A stretch of DNA of 64,000 nt from Verrucomicrobiota bacterium (GCA_039818205.1 JBCBUK010000007.1:160001-224000); one strand, 5' to 3'. Shown: positions 19,760 through 33,218, counted from the stretch's first letter. Numbers and translations are program-made. The notes: generated by a model from the letters alone, not told the origin.

Positions 19760-21400
19760 ATGTCCGACTCCGAAATTCTAATAGTTGGTGCAGGTCCCGT
19801 GGGACTTTGCCTCGCCTGCGAATTGGCCCGTTATCGCGTCCCTTTTCGACTGATCGAAAAACGGCCCGAGCCTTCTCGCAACTCGAAAGCCCTCGGGGTT
19901 CACGCGCGCTCCCTCGAAATGCTCGAGGATATGGGGATTGCCCACAAATTTGTAGAACGGGGTTTACCCGTGCAACAGATCAACTTCTATGCGAACGGGA
20001 AACGACTGACCCAGGTTGCACTGAGCGAAGTCGATAGCCCATTCAACTTCACTTTAGATATTCCGCAAAGTCTGACGGAGCGGCTCTATATCGAACACCT
20101 GGAACAACTTGGTCACCAAGTTGACCGTTACGTCGAACTCGAAGGTTTTGAGAATACGGAAAACGGCGTTGCGGTGGAGCTGCGCAAAACTGGCGGCATT
20201 ATCGAGAAACGTGAATACCGATACGTTGTTGGATGCGATGGCGCCCACAGTACGGTCCGTAAGCACCTCGGATTAGAGTTCAAAGGCGATGCCTACCCTG
20301 AGCACTTTGCGCTGGCTGATGTCCACATCAGCTCTGGCCTCGAGGCCAACCAGATGCACATGTTTTTCCACTCGGACGGCTTCTTAATCCTCTTTCCCAT
20401 GCGAGGTGAACGGTATCGCGTCATCGCCACGATTGCGGACGAGTCCGAACCCACCCTTGATGTGCCCTACATTCAGGAGCTCATGAATGCCCGCACGGGT
20501 GTTCAGACAACGGTCAGTGATGGCATCTGGTTTTCCAATTTCCGCATCCATCACCGCATCGTCTCGCAATACCGCAAAGGGAATGTCTTTTTGGCAGGCG
20601 ATGCTGCTCACATCCATAGCCCTGCCGGTGGGCAAGGCATGAACACTGGCATGCAAGACGCCTACAATCTCGCCTGGAAACTCGCGCTCAACCACGAGGG
20701 TCTAACCGATCTCCTGGACAGCTATTCACCCGAGCGAGTCCCAGTCGGGTCGAAGGTCGTTGAGCTCACCGACCGGATGACCAAGGTTGCGACGATGCAA
20801 AATCCCGTCGGAACCGCGGTGCGCAACACCATGATGCCCATCGTGGCGAGCCTCGGCGTGGTCCAGCACAAATTGGTCAACACGATCGAGGAGGTCGACG
20901 TGAATTACCGTGGAACAGACTGGGTTTCCGAACACATGGGCGACACCCGCGACGCCTCGACCCGTACCCCGTTTTCTCATGGCCCCAAACCAGGAGATCG
21001 TGCACCAGACGCCATTGTCACCCAAAGCGAAACAGGCTCAGCCAAGCGGTTATTCGAGCTTTTTCAAGGTCCCCACTACACCTTACTGGTCTTCATCTAC
21101 GGAAACCTGAAGGAGGGGGAACCCAAAGACATACTCACGCTGACCCAGGACCTGAAGAAGCGCCTTGGTAAATGGATCGAGTGCTATTTCATTTCCGATC
21201 GCCAGGTCCCCACTGAGCTAGGCAATGGCTCCGATATCTATCTGGACGCCCGGATGAAAGCACACTCCTCCTACGGGGTTACGCTCGCCAGCTCGCTCTA
21301 CCTGGTTCGCCCAGATGGTTACGTAGCATTCAGAAGCCTCCCCTTCAGTGGAAAGGCCCTGGGCGATTATCTTGATCGGATCGGATTGGGAGCTCGCTAG
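19760..21400 (+). CDS. FAD-dependent monooxygenase (PheA/TfdB-like)
   Basis: GAGPVG, GCDGAHS, LAGDAAHIHSPAGGQGMNTG and C-terminal LVRPDGYV. Confidence 0.92.
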   Translation: MSDSEILIVGAGPVGLCLACELARYRVPFRLIEKRPEPSRNSKALGVHARSLEMLEDMGIAHKFVERGLPVQQINFYANGKRLTQVALSEVDSPFNFTLDIPQSLTERLYIEHLEQLGHQVDRYVELEGFENTENGVAVELRKTGGIIEKREYRYVVGCDGAHSTVRKHLGLEFKGDAYPEHFALADVHISSGLEANQMHMFFHSDGFLILFPMRGERYRVIATIADESEPTLDVPYIQELMNARTGVQTTVSDGIWFSNFRIHHRIVSQYRKGNVFLAGDAAHIHSPAGGQGMNTGMQDAYNLAWKLALNHEGLTDLLDSYSPERVPVGSKVVELTDRMTKVATMQNPVGTAVRNTMMPIVASLGVVQHKLVNTIEEVDVNYRGTDWVSEHMGDTRDASTRTPFSHGPKPGDRAPDAIVTQSETGSAKRLFELFQGPHYTLLVFIYGNLKEGEPKDILTLTQDLKKRLGKWIECYFISDRQVPTELGNGSDIYLDARMKAHSSYGVTLASSLYLVRPDGYVAFRSLPFSGKALGDYLDRIGLGAR

Positions 21401-21519
21401 AACCAGCCCTCTGACGAGCGGACGACGCCGTGCTCATCCGTATCCGCTGAGGAACAACCGCTTGCGGTAAATCCGATAAGTGCCGCTAAGGCCAACAGAA
21501 AGATGTGGATTCGTTTCAT
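21397..21519 (-). CDS. Small lipoprotein (40 aa)
   Basis: Not in the ORF track. MKRIHIFLLALAALIGFTASG-CSSADTDEHGVVRSSEGWF has a basic n-region, an h-region and a lipobox Cys. Confidence 0.6.
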   Translation of the reverse strand: MKRIHIFLLALAALIGFTASGCSSADTDEHGVVRSSEGWF

Positions 21520-21574
21520 GATATTCTTGGTTTTAAACCATCGAAGCGAAAGGTTAAGTCAATGCGAAACCCAT

Positions 21575-22039
21575 CTAGCCTTTTTTCGAATGATGAATTT
21601 GCCGCAAAGCTTCGTACACGACGATACCAGCCGCCGTTGATAAATTGAGTGACCGGAGTTCCGGCGCAAACTGCGGAATCGTAATGCGGGTCTCCTGGAG
21701 TTCCTCGTGCAGAAACTCAGGGGCGCCCTGCCCTTCGTTGCCAAATACAAGCGCGTCTCCATCGGCAAAATCAGCATCCCACATCGTCTGTTCCGCATGG
21801 GTCGTCAACAACCAGCGACGGGGCGCAGGCGCGGCCTCCCTGTAGGCCGCCCAGTCGTCGTGGTGATGCACATCGAGCTGATGCCAATAATCCATACCGC
21901 TTCGGCGCACTTTCTTTTCCGAAATGGTGAAGCCCAGTGGGTGAATCAAATGCAACCGGCATTGGGTAATGGCACACATTCGGCCAATGTTGCCAGTATT
22001 TTGGGGAATCTGTGGTTGGTGCAGAACGACGTGCAGCAT
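21575..22039 (-). CDS. trmL: tRNA (cytidine34-2'-O)-methyltransferase
   Basis: PQIPQNTGNIGR, RRSGMDYW, FGNEGQG and RSLNLS. Confidence 0.95.
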   Translation of the reverse strand: MLHVVLHQPQIPQNTGNIGRMCAITQCRLHLIHPLGFTISEKKVRRSGMDYWHQLDVHHHDDWAAYREAAPAPRRWLLTTHAEQTMWDADFADGDALVFGNEGQGAPEFLHEELQETRITIPQFAPELRSLNLSTAAGIVVYEALRQIHHSKKG

Positions 22040-22098
22040 GAAAAACAGAACGACATCGAGACGTGCCTGGTCAACACCAAGATGCTAAACCGATCCGC

Positions 22099-23163
22099 CT
22101 ACACCCAATTTGCGGTGCGCCAGGAAAAGCCCTGCGCAAGATCCTTGGCAAAGAACGGCCCGCGATAGATCATTCCCGTGTAGATTTGGATCATCCGAGC
22201 ACCCGCATCGAAAAATTCTCCTGCGGTACGCTCATCAACAATACCGCCGACACCAATGATCGGGATCTTTCCTTCGGTGGAACGATGAATGTAGTTCACG
22301 ATATTGACCGCTCGGCGATGGATTGGGGCGCCACTCAGGCCACCCGTTTCATCCTTGTCGCCCAGGTCAATCGGGCGTTCAACAAGCGTGTTGGTCGCGA
22401 TAATTCCGGCTGCACCGGACTCGAGAATCGACTCCAGAACATCATCTAGCTCACGATAAGTCAGGTCCGGAGCAATTTTGACCAAAATTGGGATTGTCGG
22501 CTTGCTGAGTTTGCTGGCTCGCTCCTTATCCGCTGCAATCACCGCCCCGACCAGCTCGGTTAAATATTGGCGTTGCTGCAACTGACGCAGATCCGGCGTG
22601 TTTGGACTGCTAACGTTTATCGCAAAATAGTCCGCAAATTCCGCAAGCTTATGATAACTGGCCAAATAGTCTTCGACGGCCTCGTCAACTGGGGTCACCC
22701 GGCTCTTCCCGATGTTGATACCCAAGGGAATTGCACGCTTCGTGCCTTCGGGCTCTTCGGCGAGGCGCTTCGCCACCGCATCCGCGCCGTCGTTGGGGAA
22801 TCCCATCCGGTTGATCAACGCCTCATGCTCGGGAAGGCGGAAAATCCGTGGCTTCGGGTTGCCCGATTGTTCCTGGTTGGTGACAGTTCCGATCTCCACG
22901 TGGCCAAAGCCCAAAGCCGCCATTGCTGGCCAGAACACCGCATTCTTGTCAAAACCAGCCGCCAATCCAACCGGGTTCGGAAAACTCAGCCCAAAAAGAT
23001 CTATAGGCTCGCCCCGGTTTGGCCGATTATACATTTCCATCACTTTCAGCAGCGGTCCGGAATTGGAAAGCTTGCGAAGCCACTCTACGGCCCGCTCATG
23101 CACCTCTTCCGCATCGTTTTTAAATAAATACGGACGAACCAAAGACTCATAAAAGGTGCTCAT
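22099..23163 (-). CDS. pyrD: Quinone-dependent dihydroorotate dehydrogenase
   Basis: GLAAGFDKN, NRMGFPN, NVSSPNTP, KIAPD and GGLSG. Confidence 0.96.
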   Translation of the reverse strand: MSTFYESLVRPYLFKNDAEEVHERAVEWLRKLSNSGPLLKVMEMYNRPNRGEPIDLFGLSFPNPVGLAAGFDKNAVFWPAMAALGFGHVEIGTVTNQEQSGNPKPRIFRLPEHEALINRMGFPNDGADAVAKRLAEEPEGTKRAIPLGINIGKSRVTPVDEAVEDYLASYHKLAEFADYFAINVSSPNTPDLRQLQQRQYLTELVGAVIAADKERASKLSKPTIPILVKIAPDLTYRELDDVLESILESGAAGIIATNTLVERPIDLGDKDETGGLSGAPIHRRAVNIVNYIHRSTEGKIPIIGVGGIVDERTAGEFFDAGARMIQIYTGMIYRGPFFAKDLAQGFSWRTANWV

Positions 23164-23414
23164 AAGTGAAATCTAGCAGGTGAAAAAATGGATTCAGAGG
23201 CAATAATATGCAGCGGAGAGCTCTCTCAAAATTGGTTTTCCGCAGCAATCAGCAGGCCGCAAGCATTAGAAAAAAGGCATTCCTGTCCACTTTTTTGACT
23301 TGGAATCCGAAAATATCTTTTTGAATTCTTGACGACCGGCAAAAGAGCCCCAACGTCCATGACCATCTCTTTGCCCCAAATTAATTATCGCGAAAATCGC
23401 TTCTAAACAACAAC

Positions 23415-24179
23415 ATGCCAAAAACAGCTCCTAAACTCGAGTGGTGTATCGTCCGCCTTGGTACAGATATGAACTGGTGGGTCGAAGAAATTAGTGACGA
23501 CGTCCATTGGGACGTAGACGGTCTCAGCATTATTGATCCCCGTCAAATTAGTCACGTCATGGACCTGCTGGACCCCTTGCGCGATTACGATTTTGAGCCA
23601 TCCAATTTCGAAGATGCGTTCTTCAAATTCCGCATCGACAAGAAGATGGACGACCATCGTCTGCGCCTGGTTCGCACCAACGAATCCTTGTTTGAATCCG
23701 ACGAGTTGTTGTTTGCCCTGCCAGACATTATCGACGAGGAAAAAGGACCATATGCGGATTGCATCGACCACCTGACGGTGCTCCGCGTCAAGCTCCTCAA
23801 TGACTTGATCGAGTTTGAGCAGAAGTTTACTGTCGAAGAACTCGAGGATGATTTGCGAGAGGAGCAAAACGCCGACTTCATGGAAGGCCGCGCAATTCAC
23901 TGCTTCCGCGAGATGCTCGACATCATGGAATTCGTTCCCGATGGCTATGAGCTCGATGCCGACGAAGAGTCCAGCAGTGGCGACGAAATTGAAAAAGAAT
24001 TCCCCGACCTCGAAGAAGAAGACGAGAAGATCGAGGAAGACGAAACCATGAAGTGGGACGAGGACGAAGACGAGGAGGAAGGCGAGGAAGGCGAACTCGA
24101 CGAAGATTCCGAAGGTCTGCTCGATGGTGACGATGAAGAGGAAGCCGAAGAGAAATCCTCGAGCCCTTCGAATAAATAA
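23415..24179 (+). CDS. Hypothetical protein with a very acidic C-terminal tail
   Basis: Globular N-terminus; the last ~75 aa are dominated by D and E. Confidence 0.75.
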   Translation: MPKTAPKLEWCIVRLGTDMNWWVEEISDDVHWDVDGLSIIDPRQISHVMDLLDPLRDYDFEPSNFEDAFFKFRIDKKMDDHRLRLVRTNESLFESDELLFALPDIIDEEKGPYADCIDHLTVLRVKLLNDLIEFEQKFTVEELEDDLREEQNADFMEGRAIHCFREMLDIMEFVPDGYELDADEESSSGDEIEKEFPDLEEEDEKIEEDETMKWDEDEDEEEGEEGELDEDSEGLLDGDDEEEAEEKSSSPSNK

Positions 24180-24188
24180 TCCACGATT

Positions 24189-24797
24189 GTGAAGCGCAGC
24201 CAGCAGCAAACCCTCCCCGCCTTTTGGATTTTCTTTGTGGTGAGTTTGCTGCTTTCGGCCTGCGAGACGACCTCGAACAACGCAGCGGGCTCCGGCAACC
24301 CGAAGCCAGTCGAACCGAAATCTTCCGCCGTGCTCCGGCCGGGTGATACCCTGCAGGTTAACTTGCAAGGCATTCCCGACTCGAGCAGCAACGACGTGCA
24401 GATTGACGATGACGGCGCGGTCAGCCTGCCGTTTATCGGTCGATTACCCGCTGCGAACTTCACGGCCTCCGAGCTCGCCAACGACATTCGGCAGCGCTAC
24501 ATCGACAAGAAGATCTACCGCAACGTCGATGTTTCGGTTTACGTTACTGATCGCTACATCTACGTGGGCGGACAAGTCGCCAATCCTGGCCGCGTTATCT
24601 GGACCCCTGATCTAACCCTGACCAAGGCTGTTCAAGCTGCAGGAGGATTCACGCTCTATGCCCGCGAAGGTGCGGTCCAGTTGACCCGAGACCAACAGGT
24701 ATACATCATCGACGCCGACCTCGCGCTAGACTCGCCGAAAGAAGATCCAAAGCTTTTCCCGGGTGACTCAATTAATATCGAGCGCTCCCCCTTCTAG
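24189..24797 (+). CDS. Polysaccharide export lipoprotein (Wza/SLBB)
   Basis: Lipobox LSAC, LRPGD, DG.VSLPFIG, GQVANPG and AGGF. Confidence 0.9.
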   Translation: MKRSQQQTLPAFWIFFVVSLLLSACETTSNNAAGSGNPKPVEPKSSAVLRPGDTLQVNLQGIPDSSSNDVQIDDDGAVSLPFIGRLPAANFTASELANDIRQRYIDKKIYRNVDVSVYVTDRYIYVGGQVANPGRVIWTPDLTLTKAVQAAGGFTLYAREGAVQLTRDQQVYIIDADLALDSPKEDPKLFPGDSINIERSPF

Positions 24798-24799
24798 CG

Positions 24800-25894
24800 C
24801 TACTTGAGTAGTCGCTGTTTCTTGGCAGCAAAAGCCCAGCGGTAAAAGTCGATATACTCCGCTTCGCTTTCCCAAGCCCGGTCGTAGTAACGCTGATTCA
24901 GCAGGTTGAAATACTTGCGAGCCGCCTGGGCGTCCCCCGCCACACAAGCCAATCGCGCCGCATTGGATAGCAACGAAAGCGACTCGGGATACTTGCGAAT
25001 TATTTGGTCGAGCCCACGCTTGGTTTGAGGCCAGGAAGCGTCGGTTTCGCGAAACACATTGTCATAGTAGCGCTTCGTGTAGAGGACAATGCGAGCATAA
25101 GCCTCGTCTCCCAAACCATCGGGTAATCTCGCAACAGATTCGGCATAAGCCTCCCAATCACCCGATTCACCATACCAACGTGGCAAGAGTGAAAATGCCC
25201 GGATTGTATCAATGCCCCAATAGGTTGGATCATAGGCATGCCCATCATCCACCAGTTGGTCAAACGCGTCAGCATCCCAGCCGTCACCCATTGCAACCTG
25301 CAATGACACCCGCCACCAATGCGGATCCTGCTCTGACAAATCCGACGCTAGATCGAGTACCTCCTGGGCCTTGGCCAAGCGCTCGTAGAACAAGGCCCAA
25401 TCCTCATCGGAAACCGTATCCGCATAGCCACCGCCTCGCGCCTTCCAGGCATACTCCACCCAAAAGTTCGCATAAGCGACGTGGGCCGTGACCGATTCAG
25501 GATACTCCTCCAGCCACTGCTGATAAATCTCATCGTGGAGTTGCCACAGACTTTCCGGTTCGCTCCTGCGCGGCTCAAACGAACTATAAATCCCGAAAAT
25601 CTTCCGACCCCCGTGAGGAAAAACCGCTTTGTCTTCTCTAATCTGCTTCGCCAGTTTTTCCAATTCACCAAAGTCTCGCTTATTAAACAGGCTCCGTGTC
25701 TTGAATCGGAAGCGGCTAACTATTTCGTCAACGGGGTCCTCGGTTAAAACAGGCACTACCGAAATCGGCTGCCCCGACGCCACCTCATCAGCAGGCGGTT
25801 GACAAGCGCCCAGCGCCAACAACATGCCTACTCCCGCGATCCTCACTAACCTGCTAATCGAACACATCACCCGAGAGCCTACTAAACTCTGCAC
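24800..25894 (-). CDS. DUF4034-like helical lipoprotein
   Basis: Lipobox LGAC, AWKARGGGYA and LLPRWYG. Start codon uncertain. Confidence 0.75.
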   Translation of the reverse strand: MQSLVGSRVMCSISRLVRIAGVGMLLALGACQPPADEVASGQPISVVPVLTEDPVDEIVSRFRFKTRSLFNKRDFGELEKLAKQIREDKAVFPHGGRKIFGIYSSFEPRRSEPESLWQLHDEIYQQWLEEYPESVTAHVAYANFWVEYAWKARGGGYADTVSDEDWALFYERLAKAQEVLDLASDLSEQDPHWWRVSLQVAMGDGWDADAFDQLVDDGHAYDPTYWGIDTIRAFSLLPRWYGESGDWEAYAESVARLPDGLGDEAYARIVLYTKRYYDNVFRETDASWPQTKRGLDQIIRKYPESLSLLSNAARLACVAGDAQAARKYFNLLNQRYYDRAWESEAEYIDFYRWAFAAKKQRLLK

Positions 25895-25909
25895 GTATCA
25901 CAAGCTTGC

Positions 25910-26305
25910 ATGAGGCGGTTCAGAACCTCATCATTATTTTGTCCCATAACCCAAACGTGCGCAAACTATAGATCCGCAAACGCGAACACTCATTCTAACG
26001 CGACCTACCCCATACTGGCTCTCGCGGCCTATCATCAGGACCATAGCGAGCTACCGGAAACGCTCGATGCGCTCGTTCCCGACTACATTCCAACAGTGCC
26101 GCTCGATCCGTTTGACGGCGAACCGATGCGTTACGACCGCGACAAGCGCATCATCTATTCCGTTGGCGAAGACTTTGTCGACAATGGTGGCAGCGAATTC
26201 CCCTCGCAATTTGAGGCCAGCAACAATGATTCCAGTTTAGGCAACATTGCTGAAGAAGACAGGCTTGAACCCACCTACCATATTCGGTTTGGATGGACGG
26301 ACTGA
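25910..26305 (+). pseudogene. Probable 3' remnant of a protein with a GspG-like C-terminal module
   Basis: ALAAY..DH..LPETLDALVPDY..TVPLDPFDG.P.RY...YSVG.D..DNGG. The N-terminal part looks non-coding. Its stop overlaps the next ATG (TGATG). Confidence 0.45.
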
Positions 26306-26793
26306 TGCCTCGAGAATCTGCTGGTCTGTTAATGTTTGATGACACGGGTAACGAACTACGTGTCTTGGTCGTTCACCCGGGCGGCCCTTATTACGCCAAG
26401 AAGGATGGTGGCCATTGGTCCATCCCCAAGGGTGAGCCCAACCCCGGTGAAGAGGATTTACTCGAAGTCGCTCGGCGAGAATTTGGAGAAGAAACCGGAC
26501 TCCAACCACCCACCCAGGAAGACGTCGATTTCTGGCCGCTGGATACGATCCAACAAAAGGGCGGGAAAATCGTTCATGCCTGGGCGTTTCGAGGTCAATG
26601 GCCCGAGGACCACGAGCTGACTAGCAACCGGATCGACATTGTCTGGCCCCCAAAGTCCGATCGTGTCATCTCCATTCCGGAGGTCGACCGTGCCGAAATG
26701 GCCACCATCGAGCGAGCTCGCGAACTTCTCAAGGAAACCCAGCACCCACTACTCGACCGCCTGGTGGGCCTCCTTGGCCGCAACCCAACTTAG
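26305..26793 (+). CDS. NUDIX hydrolase
   Basis: VHPGGP, WSIPKGE...ARREFGEETG and PEVDR. Confidence 0.9.
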   Translation: MPRESAGLLMFDDTGNELRVLVVHPGGPYYAKKDGGHWSIPKGEPNPGEEDLLEVARREFGEETGLQPPTQEDVDFWPLDTIQQKGGKIVHAWAFRGQWPEDHELTSNRIDIVWPPKSDRVISIPEVDRAEMATIERARELLKETQHPLLDRLVGLLGRNPT

Positions 26794-27197
26794 AAAATCG
26801 ATCCCAAACTAAGAAATCCCACCAACATCAGCGTTTGGAATCGGAAAACCGGCATCTCAGGCGATGAGCAAAAGAAGAAGTCTGACCGCTTTCATAAAGA
26901 AAATCCGCAGCATCATTTCCAACTCACCCAGCTTGTTTTTCCCGCAAATGGCCGAAAATTGGCGCATTAAACGACACCCAAGATCAAAAAAATTCCGCAA
27001 TCCCGAAGAAAACTTTCCCTCCCTCCCGTGAATTCAGGTTCTAAACGGGGTATTTATCCCCCAATGAGGGAAATTGTTTGTAGAAAAGTGCGAAGTGATA
27101 AGGACTTGCGTGCATTTCCGCCTTTACACCGGGAGAGGAAACCCAAAACTACACGACTTGCCCACCTTTTAAACGTAGATCTTCTACCTATTTGCTT

Positions 27198-28931
<1,734 letters not shown>

Positions 28932-29049
28932 AAAAATGCAAATCGTAAAAGACAATTGGCAGAGCTCGAACCGGCACCTAGTGTGCTGCGGTGAAGATCT
29001 GGCTATGTCTTTCACTATTAGCGTTTCGAACCCTTAATATTTTTTCGCC

Positions 29050-30126
29050 ATGAGCTACGAAATGAATGAACTGCTCAATCTGATGTGTGATGAAGGCGCA
29101 TCAGACCTCCACGTTCAGGTTGGTCAACCACCGACACTCCGGACCGGTGGTACCATGGTTCCGGTCGACGGACCTGACCTTGAACCCGAGGACACCGAAG
29201 CGCTCATGGCTGCGATTACCTCCGATGCCCACCAGCAAAAGCTGAAAACGATGGGTGGAGCCGACTTCGGATTTGCCTTTATGGACCGTGCCCGATTCCG
29301 GGTTTCGGTGCTTAAATCCAAGGGCAATTACGGCATGGTTCTCCGGCAAATTCCGAACAAGATGTTCGGTCTCCGGGAAATCGGTCTGCCGGATAAGGTC
29401 AAAGACTTGCTCACTCGGCCACGGGGCCTGATCCTCGTAACGGGCCCTACGGGCTCTGGAAAGTCCACCACCCTCGCCTCGATGATCAACTGGATCAACG
29501 AGAACCAGGACGGGCACATCATTACGATCGAGGATCCGATCGAATATTACCACAACCATAAGCGCTGTATTGTCACCCAACGCGAAGTGGGCGTGGACGT
29601 TCCCAGTTTTGCTGATGCCATTCGTGGTGCGCTACGACAAGATCCCGACATCATCCTCGTTGGGGAAATGCGTGACTTGGAAACCATTGAGGCAGCGGTT
29701 TCCGCAGCGGAAACCGGTCACTTGGTTTTCGGCACCTTGCACACCACTGGTGCAGCCCGCACGGTTGACCGGATTGTTGATGCGTTTCCATCAGAAACCA
29801 AGGACCAGATTCGGACCCAACTTGCCTCATCGATTGTTTCGGTTATCTCGCAGGTGCTTTGCCGCAAAGTCGGCGGTGGTCGCGTAGCCAGCTACGAGAT
29901 CATGGTCACCACTGACTCGATTTCGGCGCTTATTCGTGAAAACAAGACCTACCGCATCAGTTCCGACATCCAGACCGGTGCGAATTTGGGTATGATTTCC
30001 CTGGATGCCCACCTGCTCAGCCTATTTAACCGCGGCATCATCACAGCCGAAACCTGCATCGAAAAATCTCAACTGCCGGACGAAATGCGCCAGAAGGTCG
30101 CTACCATGTCCCAACAGAAAAGCTAG
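29050..30126 (+). CDS. pilT: Type IV pilus retraction ATPase
   Basis: [31 protein letters not shown] and an AIRNLIRE-like SISALIRE. Confidence 0.93.
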   Translation: MSYEMNELLNLMCDEGASDLHVQVGQPPTLRTGGTMVPVDGPDLEPEDTEALMAAITSDAHQQKLKTMGGADFGFAFMDRARFRVSVLKSKGNYGMVLRQIPNKMFGLREIGLPDKVKDLLTRPRGLILVTGPTGSGKSTTLASMINWINENQDGHIITIEDPIEYYHNHKRCIVTQREVGVDVPSFADAIRGALRQDPDIILVGEMRDLETIEAAVSAAETGHLVFGTLHTTGAARTVDRIVDAFPSETKDQIRTQLASSIVSVISQVLCRKVGGGRVASYEIMVTTDSISALIRENKTYRISSDIQTGANLGMISLDAHLLSLFNRGIITAETCIEKSQLPDEMRQKVATMSQQKS

Positions 30127-30162
30127 CTGTTACTTTACTCCAATCGCGTTGCTTAACGACCC

Positions 30163-31857
30163 ATGTTTGAAGACCATAACGACACCATCTACGAAATTCT
30201 TCAGGAAAGCGATCTGATCGATCAGGCCCAACTTGACGATCTAAACCAAGCCCACATCAACACGGGTAAGGCGCTGGCTGAGGAAGCAATCGATTCGGAG
30301 CTAATTGAGCGCAAGGCACTCCTCCAGGCGATCGCTGACTTTCTTCAATACGAATTTCTCGAGTCTCCACCAACCGGTATCGACGAAGACGTCATCCTCT
30401 CGATGAAGGCCTCCGTCGCTCGAATGTATGCGGTCTTGCCAATGCGATCCGACGACCACTCGATCGACCTGCTCGCGAAGGACCCTTTCAATAACAACAT
30501 TATTGACGATTTGACGTTCTCCCTCGGTAAGGATGTCAATTTGATCGTTACCGACCCTGACTACATCGATGGCCTGATCATTCAACACTACGGTAGTGAA
30601 GAAGCCTCGATTGATGACCTGTTGGATGAAATTCGCGCGAGTGAGCCAGAGGTCGACCTTGATGGCGACATGTCGGCGAGTGAGCTGACGAACCTTGCGA
30701 ACGAAACTCCGATCATTCGTTTCGTAAACCTCGTCCTCCAGCAAGCGATTCGGGACAAGGCTTCGGACATTCACTTTGAGCCTTTCGAAGACCAGTTCCG
30801 CATCCGCTACCGGATTGACGGTGCGCTCTACGAAATGGCGCCTCCGCCTTCGAATCTTGCAGTGCCGGTTATTTCGCGCATCAAGGTTCTTTCCAGCCTC
30901 AATATTGCAGAGCGACGCATCCCTCAAGACGGTCGGATCAAGATGACCATTGCGGGTCGTCCGGTCGACCTCCGGGTATCCACCCTGCCGACCCAGTTTG
31001 GTGAGTCGGTGGTTCTCCGGGTTCTTGACAAATCCGTCGTTAACCTCGACCTCGAGAACCTTTCATTGCCCGAAGACGTTCTCCACAGTATTCGGGTTTT
31101 GGTCGCCCGCCCAAACGGTATTTTCATCGTCACCGGTCCGACCGGTTCGGGAAAAACGACCACCCTCTACTCCGCGCTTCGCGAAGTAAATCAGGTGGAT
31201 ACAAAAATTTTGACCGCGGAAGACCCAGTCGAATATGAAATCGACGGGATCATGCAGGTGGCGATTAACCACGCTGTGGGGCTAAATTTTGCGGCTGCGC
31301 TGCGTTCCTTCCTGCGTCAAGACCCGGATAAAATCATGGTCGGGGAGATTCGTGACCTCGAGACCGCCCAGATCGCCGTTCAGGCATCCCTTACCGGTCA
31401 CGTGGTGCTTTCGACGCTTCACACCAACGATGCACCCGGTGCGGTCACGCGGATGATCGATATGGGCCTTGAGCCATTCCTAATTTCAGCATCGCTAGAA
31501 GGCGTTCTTGGTCAACGACTTGTGCGCCGAATTTGCCCTTCTTGTCGCACGGCCTACGAGCCAGACACCGAACTCATTGATGTCCTTGGCATCGATCCGT
31601 TGGAAATTGCGGACAAACAATTTTACTACGGAAAGGGTTGCGCAGAATGTAGCCAGACCGGTTATCGTGGCCGGCAAGGCTTGTTTGAGATGATGGCCAT
31701 CTCAGATTCCATCCGCGATCTCATCACCCAAAAGGCTCCAACGTTGGTTCTGAAACAGAAAGCTTTGGAGCAAGGTATGCGAACACTGCGAGATGATGGT
31801 CTCCGTGCAATTTTCGACGGCGCAACCTCTATCGAGGAAGTGTTAAAGTATACCTAG
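30163..31857 (+). CDS. pilB: Type IV pilus/T2SS assembly ATPase (GspE/PilB), copy 2
   Basis: [23 protein letters not shown] and CPSC...CAEC. Confidence 0.9.
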   Translation: MFEDHNDTIYEILQESDLIDQAQLDDLNQAHINTGKALAEEAIDSELIERKALLQAIADFLQYEFLESPPTGIDEDVILSMKASVARMYAVLPMRSDDHSIDLLAKDPFNNNIIDDLTFSLGKDVNLIVTDPDYIDGLIIQHYGSEEASIDDLLDEIRASEPEVDLDGDMSASELTNLANETPIIRFVNLVLQQAIRDKASDIHFEPFEDQFRIRYRIDGALYEMAPPPSNLAVPVISRIKVLSSLNIAERRIPQDGRIKMTIAGRPVDLRVSTLPTQFGESVVLRVLDKSVVNLDLENLSLPEDVLHSIRVLVARPNGIFIVTGPTGSGKTTTLYSALREVNQVDTKILTAEDPVEYEIDGIMQVAINHAVGLNFAAALRSFLRQDPDKIMVGEIRDLETAQIAVQASLTGHVVLSTLHTNDAPGAVTRMIDMGLEPFLISASLEGVLGQRLVRRICPSCRTAYEPDTELIDVLGIDPLEIADKQFYYGKGCAECSQTGYRGRQGLFEMMAISDSIRDLITQKAPTLVLKQKALEQGMRTLRDDGLRAIFDGATSIEEVLKYT

Positions 31858-31946
31858 TCAATTCAGGGATTAGCGTTGTCACGGCTGCTCCTGAAGTTTA
31901 CACGATTCACTTTTTACTAACATTGTCACCCGCTTAAAACCTACCC

Positions 31947-33218
31947 ATGGCCAAATTCAGTTACACTGCCATCGACCCCTCTGGTAAACAAAAAACAGGC
32001 TCGATCGACGCTGCTACGCAGGACGACGCCCAAAATAAGTTGTCAGGCATGGGCCTGATGGTCAGCAAGCTTTCAAAGCAAGCCGATGCGGGCAAGCGCT
32101 CGCGACGGAGTTCGGCTAAAGCCAATGCCGGTGGTAAGAAGAAAGGCGGAATTCAATTTGGAAAGATCATTGGCCAGGAAGACCTGACGATCTTCACCCG
32201 CCAGATGGCGACTCTGCTTCAAGCGGGCCTTCCCTTGCTGCGAAGCCTCGAGGTCATGATCCGTCAGGAGAAAAACGCTGCCTTTAAGGACGTGTTGGTT
32301 CAAATCGCTGACAACGTTCGCTCGGGTAACAACCTCTCCGACGGTCTCGCGCAGCATCCAAAGATTTTCAAACCACTATTTGTTAACATGATCAAGGCTG
32401 GTGAGGCCGGTGGTGTACTCGACGTCGTCCTTTCGCGTCTGGCCCGCTTCATGGAAAAAGACCTCAAGACCAGCAAGAAGATCAAGTCTGCGATGATTTA
32501 CCCGATCGTGGTTATCTCCGTTGCCTTGATCATCGTTATGGGTCTGTTGATTTTCATCGTTCCGCGCTTCCAAAGCATCTTTGACACGATGCTCAAAGGA
32601 AAACCGATGCCAGCCCTCACTGAATTTGTTATCAATGCGGGTAACCTGGTGAAGCCATCGAGCTTCATTGATTTTCTGATCAAGTTTGGTGCTGCCATCG
32701 CGCTCTTCTTCATTTTCCGCTTCGTAGTCGGCACCGGTCCTGGTCAAAAGGCCAAGGATTGGTTAGCGCTCAACACCCCGAAAGTGGGCGAGCTCGTCAG
32801 CAAGGCAGCAATTTCACGTTTCACCCGTACCTTCGGCACCCTGCTCTCTTCTGGCGTGCCGATCCTTCAGTCGCTGACCATTACGCGCGACGTTATCGGA
32901 AATTCTCGAATCGCCCAGGCGCTGGACCGCGTCCACGACCGCGTTCGGGATGGTGAAAGTCTCGCAACGCCGCTTGAGCAGCAAAAGATTTTCCCGACAA
33001 TGGTTACCAGTATGATCGACGTTGGTGAAGAAACCGGTGAGCTCTCTGAGATGCTCAACCGAATTGCGGATAATTACGATGAAGACGTCGACAACGCGGT
33101 GAACAGTATCACCTCGATCATCGAACCAATCATGATTATCTTCCTCGCGTTGATTGTTGGAACCATCGTTATCGCGCTCTTCCTGCCGATCATCAGCATC
33201 ATCCAGAATCTTTCCTAA
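31947..33218 (+). CDS. pilC: Type IV pilus inner-membrane platform protein (GspF/PilC)
   Basis: [28 protein letters not shown] and IEPIM. Confidence 0.93.
   Translation: MAKFSYTAIDPSGKQKTGSIDAATQDDAQNKLSGMGLMVSKLSKQADAGKRSRRSSAKANAGGKKKGGIQFGKIIGQEDLTIFTRQMATLLQAGLPLLRSLEVMIRQEKNAAFKDVLVQIADNVRSGNNLSDGLAQHPKIFKPLFVNMIKAGEAGGVLDVVLSRLARFMEKDLKTSKKIKSAMIYPIVVISVALIIVMGLLIFIVPRFQSIFDTMLKGKPMPALTEFVINAGNLVKPSSFIDFLIKFGAAIALFFIFRFVVGTGPGQKAKDWLALNTPKVGELVSKAAISRFTRTFGTLLSSGVPILQSLTITRDVIGNSRIAQALDRVHDRVRDGESLATPLEQQKIFPTMVTSMIDVGEETGELSEMLNRIADNYDEDVDNAVNSITSIIEPIMIIFLALIVGTIVIALFLPIISIIQNLS

Noticed and set aside
23403..24368. 321-aa hydrophobic minus-strand ORF
   Set aside because: It is the antisense reading of the GAA/GAC-rich acidic gene.
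26794..27197. Long leader upstream of pilB as a c-di-GMP riboswitch or ncRNA
   Set aside because: No GEMM or other recognisable motif by eye. An Infernal/Rfam scan would be needed.
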